Below are positions 12,636 to 27,500 of a stretch of 64,000 bases of DNA, in pieces. The translations under genes were made by a program, and so were the position numbers. The notes under the pieces are model-generated. The model ran no database searches and had not been told where the DNA came from. It worked only from the letters and a program-made list of their open reading frames with translations. Each line of letters starts with the position of its first letter. Position 1 is the stretch's first letter. Origin of the DNA: Auanema rhodensis (Eukaryota; Animalia; Nematoda); contig OZ059899.1 of assembly GCA_964057225.1 (NCBI GenBank), forward strand, positions 3,782,001-3,846,000, given 5' to 3'.

Positions 12636-15600
12636 ACTATTGCATCATTTTTCAAACGATCATAACTAATTTTTGTATCAAGTGTTTCTTAATGTAGTAT
12701 AGTGCATTCGATGCGGATTTTTAAGCTGCGTCGATCTGTGTTATCAGATTTGCGCTAGCTTAAAAATGCACCGAGATATCAACTGATATAAGTTCACACT
12801 TATATCCTCGATTTTCACCCTGAAGAATTAATTTTTTCGTTGAATAACATTGTCCATCGTCTTTGCCTTGAAAAATGGAATCTTAAAACATCTACTTTTT
12901 GCTAAATTATTTTGAAATTTTTCGAAAAAATTTTTGTCAAAATGTTTTTGGAAGCAATGTTGAGTGTACATGGAAACTCAACATACACTAATGCATCATT
13001 TTTCAAACGATCATAACTAATTTTTGTATTAAGCGTTTCTCAATGTAGTATAGTGCATTCGATGCGGATTTTTAAGCTGCGTCGATCTGTGTTATCAGAT
13101 TTGCGCTAGCTTAAAAATGCACCGAGATATCAACTGATATAAGTTCACACTTATATCCTCGATTTTCACCCTGAAGAATTAATTTTTTCGTTGAATAACA
13201 TTGTCCATCGTCTTTGCCTTGAAAAATGGAATCTTAAAACATCTACTTTTTGCTAAATTATTTTGAAATTTTTCGAAAAAATTTTTGTCAAAATGTTTTT
13301 GGAAGCAATGTTGAGTGTACATGGAAACTCAACATACACTAATGCATCATTTTTCAAACGATCATAACTAATTTTTGTATTAAGCGTTTCTCAATGTAGT
13401 ATAGTGCATTCGATGCGGATTTTTAAGCTGCGTCGATCTGTGTTATCAGATTTGCGCTAGCTTAAAAATGCACCGAGATATCAACTGATATAAGTTTACA
13501 CTTATATCCTCGATTTTCACCCTGAAGAATTAATTTTTTCGTTGAATAACATTGTCCATCGTCTTTGCCTTGAAAAAAGAAATCTAAAAACATCTACTTT
13601 TTGCTAAATTATTTTGAATGTTTTCGAAAAAATTTTTGTCAAAATGTTTTTGGAAGCAATGTTGAGTGTACATGGAAACTCAACATACACTAATGCATCA
13701 TTTTTCAAACGATCATAACTAATTTTTGTATTAAGCGTTTCTCAATGTAGTATAGTGCATTCGATGCGGATTTTTAAGCTGCGTCGATCTGTCTTATCAG
13801 ATTTGCGCTAGCTTAAAAATGCACCGATATATCAACTGATATAAGTTCACACTTATATCCTCGATTTTCACCCTGAAGAAATAATTTTTTCGTTGAATAA
13901 CATTGTCCATCGTCTTTGCCTTGAAAAAAGGAATCTAAAAACATCTACTTTTTGCTAAATTATTTTGAAATTTTTCGAAAAAATTTTTGTCAAAATGTTT
14001 TTGGAAGCAATGTTGAGTGTACATGGAAACTCAACATACACTAATGCATCATTTTTCAAACGATCATAACTAATTTTTGTATTAAGCGTTTCTCAATGTA
14101 GTATAGTGCATTCGATGCGGATTTTTAAGCTGCGTCGATCTGTGTTATCAGATTTGCGCTAGCTTAAAAATGCACCGAGATATCAACTGATATAAGTTCA
14201 CACTTATATCCTCGATTTTCACCCTGAAGAAATAATTTTTTTGTTGAATAACATTGTCCATCGTCTTTGCCTTGAAAAAAGAAATCTAAAAACATCTACT
14301 TTTTGCTAAATTATTTTGAAATTTTTCGAAAAAATTTTTGTCAAAATGTTTTTGGAAACAATGTTGAGTGTACATGGAAACTCAACATACACTAATGCAT
14401 CATTTTTCAAACGATCATAACTAATTTTTGTATTAAGCGTTTCTCAATGTAGTATAGTGCATTCGATGCGGATTTTTAAGCTGCGTCGATCTGTGTTATC
14501 AGATTTGCGCTAGCTTAAAAATGCACCGAGATATCAACTGATATAAGTTTACACTTATATCCTCGATTTTTACCCTGAAGAATTAATTTTTTCGTTAAAT
14601 AACATTGTCCATCGTCTTTGCCTTGAAAAAAGGAATCTAAAAACATCTACTTTTTGCTAAATTATTTTGAAATTTTTCGAAAAAATTTTTGTCAAAATGT
14701 TTTTGGAAGCAATGTTGAGTGTACATGGAAACTCAACATACACTAATGCATCATTTTTCAAACGATCATAACTAATTTTTGTATTAAGCGTTTCTCAATG
14801 TAGTATAGTGCATTCGATGCGGATTTTTAAGCTGCGTCGATCTGTGTTATCAGATTTGCGCTAGCTTAAAAATGCACCGAGATATCAACTGATATAAGTT
14901 CACACTTATATCCTCGATTTTCACCCTGAAGAATTAATTTTTTCGTTGAATTACATTGTCCATCGTCTTTGCCTTGAAAAAAGGAATCTAATAACATCTA
15001 CTTTTTGCTAAATTATTTCGAAATTTTTCGAAAAAATTTTTGTCAAAATGTTTTTGGAAGCAATGTTGAGTGTACATGGAAACTCAACATACACTAATGC
15101 ATCATTTTTCAAACGATCATAACTAATTTTTGTATCAAGCGTTTCTCAATGTAGTATAGTGCATTCGATGCGGATTTTTAAGCTGCGTCGATCTGTGTTA
15201 TCAGATTTGCGCTAGCTTAAAAATGCACCGAGATATCAACTGATATAAGTTCACACTTATATCCTCGATTTTCACCCTGAAGAAATAATTTTTTCGTTGA
15301 ATAACATTGTCCATCGTCTTTGCCTTGAAAAAAGGAATCTAAAAACATCTACTTTTTGCTAAATTATTTCGAAATTTTTCGAAAAACTTTTTGTCAAAAT
15401 GTTTTTGGAAACAATGTTGAGTGTACATGGAAACTCAACATACACTAATGCATCATTTTTCAAACGATCATAACTAATTTTTGTATTAAGCGTTTCTCAA
15501 TGTAGTATAGTGCATTCGATGCGGATTTTTAAGCTGCGTCGATCTGTGTTATCAGATTTGCGCTAGCTTAAAAATGCACCGAGATATCAACTGATATAAG

Positions 15601-17198
15601 TTCACACTTATATCCTCGATTTTCACCCTGAAGAAATAATTTTTTTGTTGAATAACATTGTCCATCGTCTTTGCCTTGAAAAAAGGAATCTAAAAACATC
15701 TACTTTTTGCTAAATTATTTTGAAATTTTTCGAAAAAATTTTTGTCAAAATGTTTTTGGAAACAATGTTGAGTGTACATGGAAACTCAACATACACTAAT
15801 GCATCATTTTTCAAACGATCATAACTAATTTTTGTATTAAGCGTTTCTCAATGTAGTATAGTGCATTTGATGCGGATTTTTAAGCTGCGTCGATCTGTGT
15901 TATCAGATTTGCGCTAGCTTAAAAATGCACCGAGATATCAACTGATATAAGTTCACACTTATATCCTCGATTTTCACCCTGAAGAATTAATTTTTTCGTT
16001 GAATAACATTGTCCATCGTTTTTGCCTTGAAAAAAGGAATCTAAAAACATCTACTTTTTGCTAAATTATTTTGAAATTTTTCGAAAAAATTTTTGTCAAA
16101 ATGTTTTTGGAAGCAATGTTGAGTGTACATGGAAACTCAACATACACTAATGCATCATTTTTCAAACGATCATAACTAATTTTTGTATTAAGCGTTTCTC
16201 AATGTAGTATAGTGCATTCGATGCGGATTTTTAAGCTTCGTCGATCTGTGTTATCAGATTTGCGCTAGCTTAAAAATGCACCGATATATCAACTGATATA
16301 AGTTCACACTTATATCCTCGATTTTCACCCTGAAGAATTAATTTTTTCGTTGAATAACATTGTCCATCGTTTTTGCCTTGAAAAAAGGAATCTAAAAACA
16401 TCTACTTTTTGCTAAATTATTTTGAAATTTTTCGAAAAAATTTTTGTCAAAATGTTTTTGGAAGCAATGTTGAGTGTACATGGAAACTCAACATACACTA
16501 ATGCATCATTTTTCAAACGATCATAACTAATTTTTGTATTAAGCGTTTCTCAATGTAGTATAGTGCATTCGATGCGGATTTTTAAGCTGCGTCGATCTGT
16601 GTTATCAGATTTGCGCTAGCTTAAAAATGCACCGAGATATCAACTGATATAAGTTCACACTTATATCCTCGATTTTCACCCTGAAGAATTAATTTTTTCG
16701 TTGAATAACATTGTCCATCGTCTTTGCCTTGAAAAATGGAATCTGAAAACATCTATTTTTTGTTAAATTATTTTGAAATTTTTCGAAAAAATTTTTGTCA
16801 AAATGTTTTTGGAAGCAATGTTGAGTGTACATGGAAACTCAACATACACTAATGCATCATTTTTAAAACGATCATAACTAATTTTTGTATCAAGCGTTTC
16901 TCAATGTAGTATAGTGCATTCGATGCGGATTTTTAAGCTGCGTAGATCTGTGTTATCAGATTTGCGCTAGCTTAAAAATGCACCGAGATATCAACTGATA
17001 TAAGTTCACACTTATATCCTCGATTTTCACCCTGAAGAAATAATTTTTTCGTTGAATAACATTGTCCATCGTCTTTGCCTTGAAAAAAGGAATCTAAAAA
17101 CATCTACTTTTTGCTAAATTATTCTGAAATTTTTCGAAAAAATTTTTGTCAAAATGTTTTTGGAAGCAATGTTGAGTGTACATGGAAACTCAACATAC

Positions 17199-20100
17199 AC
17201 TAATGCATCATTTTTCAAACGATCATAACTAATTTTTGTATTAAGCGTTTCTCAATGTAGTATAGTGCATTCGATGCGGATTTTTAAGCTGCGTCGATCT
17301 GTGTTATCAGATTTGCGCTAGCTTAAAAATGCACCGAGATATCAACTGATATAAGTTCACACTTATATCCTCGATTTTCACCCTGAAGAATTAATTTTTT
17401 CGTTGAATAACATTGTCCATCGTTTTTGCCTTGAAAAAAGGAATCTAAAAACATCTACTTTTTGCTAAATTATTTTGAAATTTTTCGAAAAAATTTTTGT
17501 CAAAATGTTTTTGGAAGCAATGTTGAGTGTACATGGAAACTCAACATACACTAATGCATCATTTTTCAAACGATCATAACTAATTTTTGTATTAAGCGTT
17601 TCTCAATGTAGTATAGTGCATTCGATGCGGATTTTTAAGCTGCGTCGATCTGTGTTATCAGATTTGCGCTAGCTTAAAAATGCACCGAGATATCAACTGA
17701 TATAAGTTCACACTTATATCCTCGATTTTCACCCTGAAGAATTAATTTTTTCGTTGAATAACATTGTCCATCGTTTTTGCCTTGAAAAAAGGAATCTAAA
17801 AACATCTACTTTTTGCTAAATTATTTTGAAATTTTTCGAAAAAATTTTTGTCAAAATGTTTTTGGAAGCAATGTTGAGTGTACATGGAAACTCAACATAC
17901 ACTAATGCATCATTTTTCAAACGATCATAACTAATTTTTGTATTAAGCGTTTCTCAATGTAGTATAGTGCATTCGATGCGGATTTTTAAGCTGCGTCGAT
18001 CTGTGTTATCAGATTTGCGCTAGCTTAAAAATGCACCGAGATATCAACTGATATAAGTTCACACTTATATCCTCGATTTTCACCCTGAAGAATTAATTTT
18101 TTCGTTGAATAACATTGTCCATCGTCTTTGCCTTGAAAAATGGAATCTAAAAACATCTATTTTTTGTTAAATTATTTTGAAATTTTTCGAAAAAATTTTT
18201 GTCAAAATGTTTTTGGAAGCAATGTTGAGTGTACATGGAAACTCAACATACACTAATGCATCATTTTTAAAACGATCATAACTAATTTTTGTATCAAGCG
18301 TTTCTCAATGTAGTATAGTGCATTCGATGCGGATTTTTAAGCTGCGTCGATCTGTGTTATCAGATTTGCGCTAGCTTAAAAATGCACCGAGATATCAACT
18401 GATATAAGTTCACACTTATATCCTCGATTTTCACCCTGAAGAAATAATTTTTTCGTTGAATAACATTGTCCATCGTCTTTGCCTTGAAAAAAGGAATCTA
18501 AAAACATCTACTTTTTGCTAAATTATTCTGAAATTTTTCGAAAAAATTTTTGTCAAAATGTTTTTGGAAACAATGTTGAGTGTACATGGAAACTCAACAT
18601 ACACTAATGCATCATTTTTCAAACGATCATAACTAATTTTTGTATTAAGCGTTTTTCAATGTAGTATAGTGCATTCGATGCGGATTTTTAAGCTGCGTCG
18701 ATCAGTGTTATCAGATTTGCGCTAGCTTAAAAATGCACCGAGATATCAACTGATATAAGTTCACACTTATATCCTCGATTTTCACCCTGAAGAATTAATT
18801 TTTTCGTTGAATAACATTGTCCATCGTCTTTGCCTTGAAAAATGGAATCTAAAAACATCTATTTTTTGTTAAATTATTTTGAAATTTTTCGAAAAAATTT
18901 TTGTCAAAATGTTTTTGGAAGCAATGTTGAGTGTACATGGAAACTCAACATACACTAATGCATCATTTTTCAAACGATCATAACTAATTTTTGTATAAAG
19001 CGTTTCTCAATGTAGTATAGTGCATTCGATGCGGATTTTTAAGCTGCGTCGATCTGTGTTATCAGATTTGCGCTAGCTTAAAAATGCACCGAGATATCAA
19101 CTGATATAAGTTCACACTTATATCCTCGATTTTCACCCTGAAGAATTAATTTTTTCGTTGAATAACATTGTCCATCGTCTTTGCCTTGAAAAATGGAATC
19201 TAAAAACATCTACTTTTTGCTAAATTATTTTGAAATTTTTCGAAAAAATTTTTGTCAAAATGTTTTTGGAAGCAATGTTGAGTGTACATGGAAACTCAAC
19301 ATACACTAATGCATCATTTTTCAAACGATCATAACTAATTTTTGTATCAAGCGTTTCTCAATGTAGTATAGTGCATTCGATGCGGATTTTTAAGCTGCGT
19401 CGATCTGTGTTATCAGATTTGCGCTAGCTTAAAAATGCACCGAGATATCAACTGATATAAGTTCACACTTATATCCTCGATTTTCACCCTGAAGAAATAA
19501 TTTTTTCGTTGAATAACATTGTCCATCGTCTTAGCCTTGAAAAAAGGAATCTAAAAACATCTACTTTTTGCTAAATTATTCTGAAATTTTTCGAAAAAAT
19601 TTTTGTCAAAATGTTTTTGGAAACAATGTTGAGTGTACATGGAAACTCAACATACACTAATGCATCATTTTTCAAACGATCATAACTAATTTTTGTATAA
19701 AGCGTTTCTCAATGTAGTATAGTGCATTCGATGCGGATTTTTAAGCTGCGTCGATCTGTGTTATCAGATTTGCGCTAGCTTAAAAATGCACCGAGATATC
19801 AACTGATATAAGTTCACACTTATATCCTCGATTTTCACCCTGAAGAATTAATTTTTTCGTTGAATAACATTGTCCATCGTCTTTGCCTTGAAAAAAGGAA
19901 TCTAAAAACATCTACTTTTTGCTAAATTATTCTGAAATTTTTCGAAAAAATTTTTGTCAAAATGTTTTTGGAAGCAATGTTGAGTGTACATGGAAACTCA
20001 ACATACACTAATGCATCATTTTTCAAACGATCATAACTAATTTTTGTATTAAGCGTTTCTCAATGTAGTATAGTGCATTCGATGCGGATTTTTAAGCTGC

Positions 20101-23100
20101 GTCGATCTGTGTTATCAGATTTGCGCTAGCTTAAAAATGCACCGAGATATCAACTGATATAAGTTCACACTTATATCCTCGATTTTCACCCTGAAGAATT
20201 AATTTTTTCGTTGAATAACATTGTCCATCGTTTTTGCCTTGAAAAAAGGAATCTAAAAACATCTACTTTTTGCTAAATTATTTTGAAATTTTTCGAAAAA
20301 ATTTTTGTCAAAATGTTTTTGGAAGCAATGTTGAGTGTACATGGAAACTCAACATACACTAATGCATCATTTTTCAAACGATCATAACTAATTTTTGTAT
20401 TAAGCGTTTCTCAATGTAGTATAGTGCATTCGATGCGGATTTTTAAGCTGCGTCGATCCGTGTTATCAGATTTGCGCTAGCTTAAAAATGCACCGAGATA
20501 TCAACTGATATAAGTTCACACTTATATCCTCGATTTTCACCCTGAAGAATTAATTTTTTCGTTGAATAACATTGTCCATCGTTTTTGCCTTGAAAAAAGG
20601 AATCTAAAAACATCTACTTTTTGCTAAATTATTTTGAAATTTTTCGAAAAAATTTTTGTCAAAATGTTTTTGGAAGCAATGTTGAGTGTACATGGAAACT
20701 CAACATACACTAATGCATCATTTTTCAAACGATCATAACTAATTTTTGTATTAAGCGTTTCTCAATGTAGTATAGTGCATTCGATGCGGATTTTTAAGCT
20801 GCGTCGATCTGTGTTATCAGATTTGCGCTAGCTTAAAAATGCACCGAGATATCAACTGATATAAGTTCACACTTATATCCTCGATTTTCACCCTGAAGAA
20901 TTAATTTTTTCGTTGAATAACATTGTCCATCGTCTTTGCCTTGAAAAATGGAATCTAAAAACATCTATTTTTTGTTAAATTATTTTGAAATTTTTCGAAA
21001 AAATTTTTGTCAAAATGTTTTTGGAAGCAATGTTGAGTGTACATGGAAACTCAACATACACTAATGCATCATTTTTAAAACGATCATAACTAATTTTTGT
21101 ATCAAGCGTTTCTCAATGTAGTATAGTGCATTCGATGCGGATTTTTAAGCTGCGTCGATCTGTGTTATCAGATTTGCGCTAGCTTAAAAATGCACCGAGA
21201 TATCAACTGATATAAGTTCACACTTATATCCTCGATTTTCACCCTGAAGAAATAATTTTTTCGTTGAATAACATTGTCCATCGTCTTTGCCTTGAAAAAA
21301 GGAATCTAAAAACATCTACTTTTTGCTAAATTATTCTGAAATTTTTCGAAAAAATTTTTGTCAAAATGTTTTTGGAAACAATGTTGAGTGTACATGGAAA
21401 CTCAACATACACTAATGCATCATTTTTCAAACGATCATAACTAATTTTTGTATTAAGCGTTTTTCAATGTAGTATAGTGCATTCGATGCGGATTTTTAAG
21501 CTGCGTCGATCAGTGTTATCAGATTTGCGCTAGCTTAAAAATGCACCGAGATATCAACTGATATAAGTTCACACTTATATCCTCGATTTTCACCCTGAAG
21601 AATTAATTTTTTCGTTGAATAACATTGTCCATCGTCTTTGCCTTGAAAAATGGAATCTAAAAACATCTATTTTTTGTTAAATTATTTTGAAATTTTTCGA
21701 AAAAATTTTTGTCAAAATGTTTTTGGAAGCAATGTTGAGTGTACATGGAAACTCAACATACACTAATGCATCATTTTTCAAACGATCATAACTAATTTTT
21801 GTATAAAGCGTTTCTCAATGTAGTATAGTGCATTCGATGCGGATTTTTAAGCTGCGTCGATCTGTGTTATCAGATTTGCGCTAGCTTAAAAATGCACCGA
21901 GATATCAACTGATATAAGTTCACACTTATATCCTCGATTTTCACCCTGAAGAATTAATTTTTTCGTTGAATAACATTGTCCATCGTCTTTGCCTTGAAAA
22001 ATGGAATCTAAAAACATCTACTTTTTGCTAAATTATTTTGAAATTTTTCGAAAAAATTTTTGTCAAAATGTTTTTGGAAGCAATGTTGAGTGTACATGGA
22101 AACTCAACATACACTAATGCATCATTTTTCAAACGATCATAACTAATTTTTGTATCAAGCGTTTCTCAATGTAGTATAGTGCATTCGATGCGGATTTTTA
22201 AGCTGCGTCGATCTGTGTTATCAGATTTGCGCTAGCTTAAAAATGCACCGAGATATCAACTGATATAAGTTCACACTTATATCCTCGATTTTCACCCTGA
22301 AGAAATAATTTTTTCGTTGAATAACATTGTCCATCGTCTTAGCCTTGAAAAAAGGAATCTAAAAACATCTACTTTTTGCTAAATTATTCTGAAATTTTTC
22401 GAAAAAATTTTTGTCAAAATGTTTTTGGAAACAATGTTGAGTGTACATGGAAACTCAACATACACTAATGCATCATTTTTCAAACGATCATAACTAATTT
22501 TTGTATAAAGCGTTTCTCAATGTAGTATAGTGCATTCGATGCGGATTTTTAAGCTGCGTCGATCTGTGTTATCAGATTTGCGCTAGCTTAAAAATGCACC
22601 GAGATATCAACTGATATAAGTTCACACTTATATCCTCGATTTTCACCCTGAAGAATTAATTTTTTCGTTGAATAACATTGTCCATCGTTTTTGCCTTGAA
22701 AAAAGGAATCTAAAAACATCTACTTTTTGCTAAATTATTTTGAAATTTTTCGAAAAAATTTTTGTCAAAATGTTTTTGGAAGCAATGTTGAGTGTACATG
22801 GAAACTCAACATACACTAATGCATCATTTTTCAAACGATCATAACTAATTTTTGTATTAAGCGTTTCTCAATGTAGTATAGTGCATTCGATGCGGATTTT
22901 TAAGCTGCGTCGATCTGTGTTATCAGATTTGCGCTAGCTTAAAAATGCACCGAGATATCAACTGATATAAGTTCACACTTATATCCTCGATTTTCACCCT
23001 GAAGAATTAATTTTTTCGTTGAATAACATTGTCCATCGTCTTTGCCTTGAAAAATGGAATCTAAAAACATCTATTTTTTGTTAAATTATTTTGAAATTTT

Positions 23101-24569
23101 TCGAAAAAATTTTTGTCAAAATGTTTTTGGAAGCAATGTTGAGTGTACATGGAAACTCAACATACACTAATGCATCATTTTTAAAACGATCATAACTAAT
23201 TTTTGTATCAAGCGTTTCTCAATGTAGTATAGTGCATTCGATGCGGATTTTTAAGCTGCGTCGATCTGTGTTATCAGATTTGCGCTAGCTTAAAAATGCA
23301 CCGAGATATCAACTGATATAAGTTCACACTTATATCCTCGATTTTCACCCTGAAGAAATAATTTTTTCGTTGAATAACATTGTCCATCGTCTTTGCCTTG
23401 AAAAAAGGAATCTAAAAACATCTACTTTTTGCTAAATTATTCTGAAATTTTTCGAAAAAATTTTTGTCAAAATGTTTTTGGAAACAATGTTGAGTGTACA
23501 TGGAAACTCAACATACACTAATGCATCATTTTTCAAACGATCATAACTAATTTTTGTATTAAGCGTTTTTCAATGTAGTATAGTGCATTCGATGCGGATT
23601 TTTAAGCTGCGTCGATCAGTGTTATCAGATTTGCGCTAGCTTAAAAATGCACCGAGATATCAACTGATATAAGTTCACACTTATATCCTCGATTTTCACC
23701 CTGAAGAATTAATTTTTTCGTTGAATAACATTGTCCATCGTCTTTGCCTTGAAAAATGGAATCTAAAAACATCTATTTTTTGTTAAATTATTTTGAAATT
23801 TTTCGAAAAAATTTTTGTCAAAATGTTTTTGGAAGCAATGTTGAGTGTACATGGAAACTCAACATACACTAATGCATCATTTTTCAAACGATCATAACTA
23901 ATTTTTGTATAAAGCGTTTCTCAATGTAGTATAATGCATTCGATGCGGATTTTTAAGCTGCGTCGATCTGTGTTATCAGATTTGCGCTAGCTTAAAAATG
24001 CACCGAGATATCAACTGATATAAGTTCACACTTATATCCTCGATTTTCACCCTGAAGAATTAATTTTTTCGTTGAATAACATTGTCCATCGTCTTTGCCT
24101 TGAAAAATGGAATCTAAAAACATCTACTTTTTGCTAAATTATTTTGAAATTTTTCGAAAAAATTTTTGTCAAAATGTTTTTGGAAGCAATGTTGAGTGTA
24201 CATGGAAACTCAACATACACTAATGCATCATTTTTCAAACGATCATAACTAATTTTTGTATCAAGCGTTTCTCAATGTAGTATAGTGCATTCGATGCGGA
24301 TTTTTAAGCTGCGTCGATCTGTGTTATCAGATTTGCGCTAGCTTAAAAATGCACCGAGATATCAACTGATATAAGTTCACACTTATATCCTCGATTTTCA
24401 CCCTGAAGAAATAATTTTTTCGTTGAATAACATTGTCCATCGTCTTTGCCTTGAAAAAAGGAATCTAAAAACATCTACTTTTTGCTAAATTATTCTGAAA
24501 TTTTTCGAAAAAATTTTTGTCAAAATGTTTTTGGAAACAATGTTGAGTGTACATGGAAACTCAACATAC
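17199..24569 (+). repeat. Local higher-order repeat: 8-mer M50-57 / M58-65 followed by a 6-offset copy M66-70
   Basis: The marker gatcAgtg occurs at 18704, 21512 and 23618 (spacings 2808 = 8x351 and 2106 = 6x351), with ordered companions ttttaaaac, tctattttttgtt, tataaag and tattctg/gaaaca. Confidence 0.9.
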
Positions 24570-27500
24570 ACTAATGCATCATTTTTCAAACGATCATAAC
24601 TAATTTTTGTATAAAGCGTTTCTCAATGTAGTATAGTGCATTCGATGCGGATTTTTAAGCTGCGTCGATCTGTGTTATCAGATTTGCGCTAGCTTAAAAA
24701 TGCACCGAGATATCAACTGATATAAGTTCACACTTATATCCTCGATTTTCACCCTGAAGAACTAATTTTTTCGTTGAATAACATTGTCCATCGTCTTTGC
24801 CTTGAAAAAAGGAATCTAAAAACATCTACTTTTTGCTAAATTATCTTGAAATTTTTCGAAAAAATTTTTGTCAAAATGTTTTTGGAAACAATGTTGAGTG
24901 TACATGGAAACTCAACATACACTAATGCATCATTTTTCAAACGATCATAACTAATTTTTGTATAAAGCGTTTCTCAATGTAGTATAGTGCATTCGATGCG
25001 GATTTTTAAGCTGCGTCGATCTGTGTTATCAGATTTGCGCTAGCTTAAAAATGCACCGAGATATCAACTGATATAAGTTCACACTTATATCCTCGATTTT
25101 CACCCTGAAGAACTAATTTTTTCGTTGAATAACATTGTCCATCGTCTTTGCCTTGAAAAAAGGAATCTAAAAACATCTACTTTTTGCTAAATTATCTTGA
25201 AATTTTTCGAAAAAATTTTTGTCAAAATGTTTTTGGAAACAATGTTGAGTGTACATGGAAACTCAACATACACTAATGCATCATTTTTCAAACGATCATA
25301 ACTAATTTTTGTATAAAGCGTTTCTCAATGTAGTATAGTGCATTCGATGCGGATTTTTAAGCTGCGTCGATCTGTGTTATCAGATTTGCGCTAGCTTAAA
25401 AATGCACCGAGATATCAACTGATATAAGTTCACACTTATATCCTCGATTTTCACCCTGAAGAACTAATTTTTTCGTTGAATAACATTGTCCATCGTCTTT
25501 GCCTTGAAAAAAGGAATCTAAAAACATCTACTTTTTGCTAAATTATCTTGAAATTTTTCGAAAAAATTTTTGTCAAAATGTTTTTGGAAACAATGTTGAG
25601 TGTACATGGAAACTCAACATACACTAATGCATCATTTTTCAAACGATCATAACTAATTTTTGTATAAAGCGTTTCTCAATGTAGTATAGTGCATTCGATG
25701 CGGATTTTTAAGCTGCGTCGATCTGTGTTATCAGATTTGCGCTAGCTTAAAAATGCACCGAGATATCAACTGATATAAGTTCACACTTATATCCTCGATT
25801 TTCACCCTGAAGAACTAATTTTTTCGTTGAATAACATTGTCCATCGTCTTTGCCTTGAAAAAAGGAATCTAAAAACATCTACTTTTTGCTAAATTATCTT
25901 GAAATTTTTCGAAAAAATTTTTGTCAAAATGTTTTTGGAAACAATGTTGAGTGTACATGGAAACTCAACATACACTAATGCATCATTTTTCAAACGATCA
26001 TAACTAATTTTTGTATTAAGCGTTTCTCAATGTAGTATAGTGCATTCGATGCGGATTTTTAAGCTACGTCGATCTGTGTTATCAGATTTGCGCTAGCTTA
26101 AAAATGCACCGAGATATCAACTGATATAAGTTTACACTTATATCCTCGATTTTCACCCTGAAGAAATAATTTTTTCGTTGAATAACATTGTCCATCGTCT
26201 TTGCCTTGAAAAAAGGAATCTAAAAACATCTACTTTTTGCTAAATTATTTTGAAATTTTTCGAAAAAATTTTTGTCAAAATGTTTTTGGAAACAATGTTG
26301 AGTGTACATGGAAACTCAACATACACTAATGCATCATTTTTCAAACGATCATAACTAATTTTTGTATTAAGCGTTTCTCAATGTAGTATAGTGCATTCGA
26401 TGCGGATTTTTAAGCTACGTCGATCTGTGTTATCAGATTTGCGCTAGCTTAAAAATGCACCGAGATATCAACTGATATAAGTTCACACTTATATCCTCGA
26501 TTTTCACCCTGAAGAATTAATTTTTTCGTTGAATAACATTGTCCATCGTCTTTGCCTTGAAAAATGGAATCTAAAAACATCTACTTTTTGCTAAATTATT
26601 TTGAAATTTTTCGAAAAAATTTTTGTCAAAATGTTTTTGGAAGCAATGTTGAGTGTACATGGAAACTCAACATACACTAATGCATCATTTTTCAAACGAT
26701 CATAACTAATTTGTGTATCGAGCGTTTCTCAATGTAGTATAGTGCATTCGATGCGGATTTTTAAGCTACGTCGATCTGTGTTATCAGATTTGCGCTAGCT
26801 TAAAAATGCACCGAGATATCAACTGATATAAGTTTACACTTATATCCTCGATTTTCACCCTGAAGAATTAATTTTTTCGTTGAATAACATTGTCCATCGT
26901 CTTTGCCTTGAAAAAAGGAATCTAAAAACATCTACTTTTTGCTAAATTATTTTGAAATTTTTCGAAAAAATTTTTGTCAAAATGTTTTTGGAAGCAATGT
27001 TGAGTGTACATGGAAACTCAACATACACTAATGCATCATTTTTCAAACGATCATAACTAATTTTTGTATTAAGCGTTTCTCAATGTAGTATAGTGCATTC
27101 GATGCGGATTTTTAAGCTGCGTCGATCTGTGTTATCAGATTTGCGCTAGCTTAAAAATGCACCGAGATATCAACTGATATAAGTTTAAACTTATATCCTC
27201 GATTTTCACCCTGAAGAATTAATTTTTTCGTTAAATAACATTGTCTATCGTCTTTGCCTTGAAAAAAGGAATCTAAAAACATCTACTTTTTGCTAAATTA
27301 TTTTGAAATTTTTCGAAAAAATTTTTGTCAAAATGTTTTTGGAAGCAATGTTGAGTGTACATGGAAACTCAACAAACACTAATGCATCATTTTTCAAACG
27401 ATCATAACTAATTTTTGTATTAAGCGTTCTTCCATGTAGTATAGTGCATTCGATGCGGATTTTTAAGCTGCGTCGATCTGTGTTATCAGATTTGCGCTAG

